NCBI GenBank assembly: GCA_000388065.2
Contig: KB932207.1
DNA: 7,829 nucleotides
DNA from: Fonticula alba ATCC 38817
Taxonomy: Eukaryota > Protista > Nucleariida
Reading direction: 5' to 3' (one strand)
Shown: in pieces, positions 7,726-7,829 of the stretch
Layout: every line of letters begins with the position of its first letter
How positions within the stretch are numbered: the first letter of the stretch is position 1
The notes under the pieces: model-generated
What the model was told of the DNA's origin: nothing
The model's database searches: none
Seen by the model: the letters and a program-made list of their open reading frames with translations, nothing else
Program-made: the position numbers and the translations under genes

Positions 7726-7778
7726 ACAACCACCGTTCTCGACGACTTGACCTACCAGCCGACGGCGCTGATCGCCGA
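7726..7778 (+). CDS. DUF2415/WD40-like gene, short exon TTTVLDDLTYQPTALIA(D); positioned out of order
   Basis: GCTAAC branch (7665-7670), AAAAG acceptor (ends 7725), phase 0 matching donor 7585. Ends GCC GA|GTACGC (phase 2). The 'L.YQPT.L' segment normally precedes 'FL.AGGQ' in this family. Confidence 0.72.
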
Positions 7779-7788
7779 GTACGCAATC

Positions 7789-7817
7789 CCCCGCTCCCCC
7801 CCGCTCCCCCGCTCCCC
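7789..7817. repeat. Short imperfect tandem repeat (CCGCTCCCC[C]) x3 in an intron
   Basis: ccccgctccccc ccgctccccc gctcccc after donor 7779. Confidence 0.7.
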
Positions 7818-7829
7818 AGCTGCCCCTAT

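Noticed and set aside
1-7829. Prokaryotic system (operon, CRISPR array, defence island, IS element)
   Set aside because: The architecture is spliceosomal exon/intron. The repeats are simple microsatellites with no repeat-spacer periodicity, and I see no transposase-like peptide or terminal inverted repeats.

Overview
GC-rich, intron-dense eukaryotic genomic DNA (protist-like; species cannot be determined from this sequence) from a draft scaffold with three N gaps (3229-3674, 4836-5150, 7208-7217). No prokaryotic operon, CRISPR array, rRNA/tRNA gene or mobile element is visible. From left to right: (1) the last exon of a Sec1/Munc18 (SM) protein, most like Sly1/SCFD1 (+, 232-366); (2) a poorly resolved, probably spliced minus-strand transcript (~683-1500); (3) a large multi-exon + strand gene for a WD40-like beta-propeller protein of the DUF2415 ('DLL' motif) family, with a long low-complexity N-terminus and a ~435-aa insertion. 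Two of this gene's N-terminal propeller exons (7260-7584, 7726-7778) lie after the rest of the gene. They join in frame between exon 1999-2981 and exon 3800-3865 and restore the family's motif order. A misplaced contig is the most likely cause; a tandem paralog or true exon scrambling/trans-splicing is not excluded. All family calls come from motif recognition by eye, not database searches.
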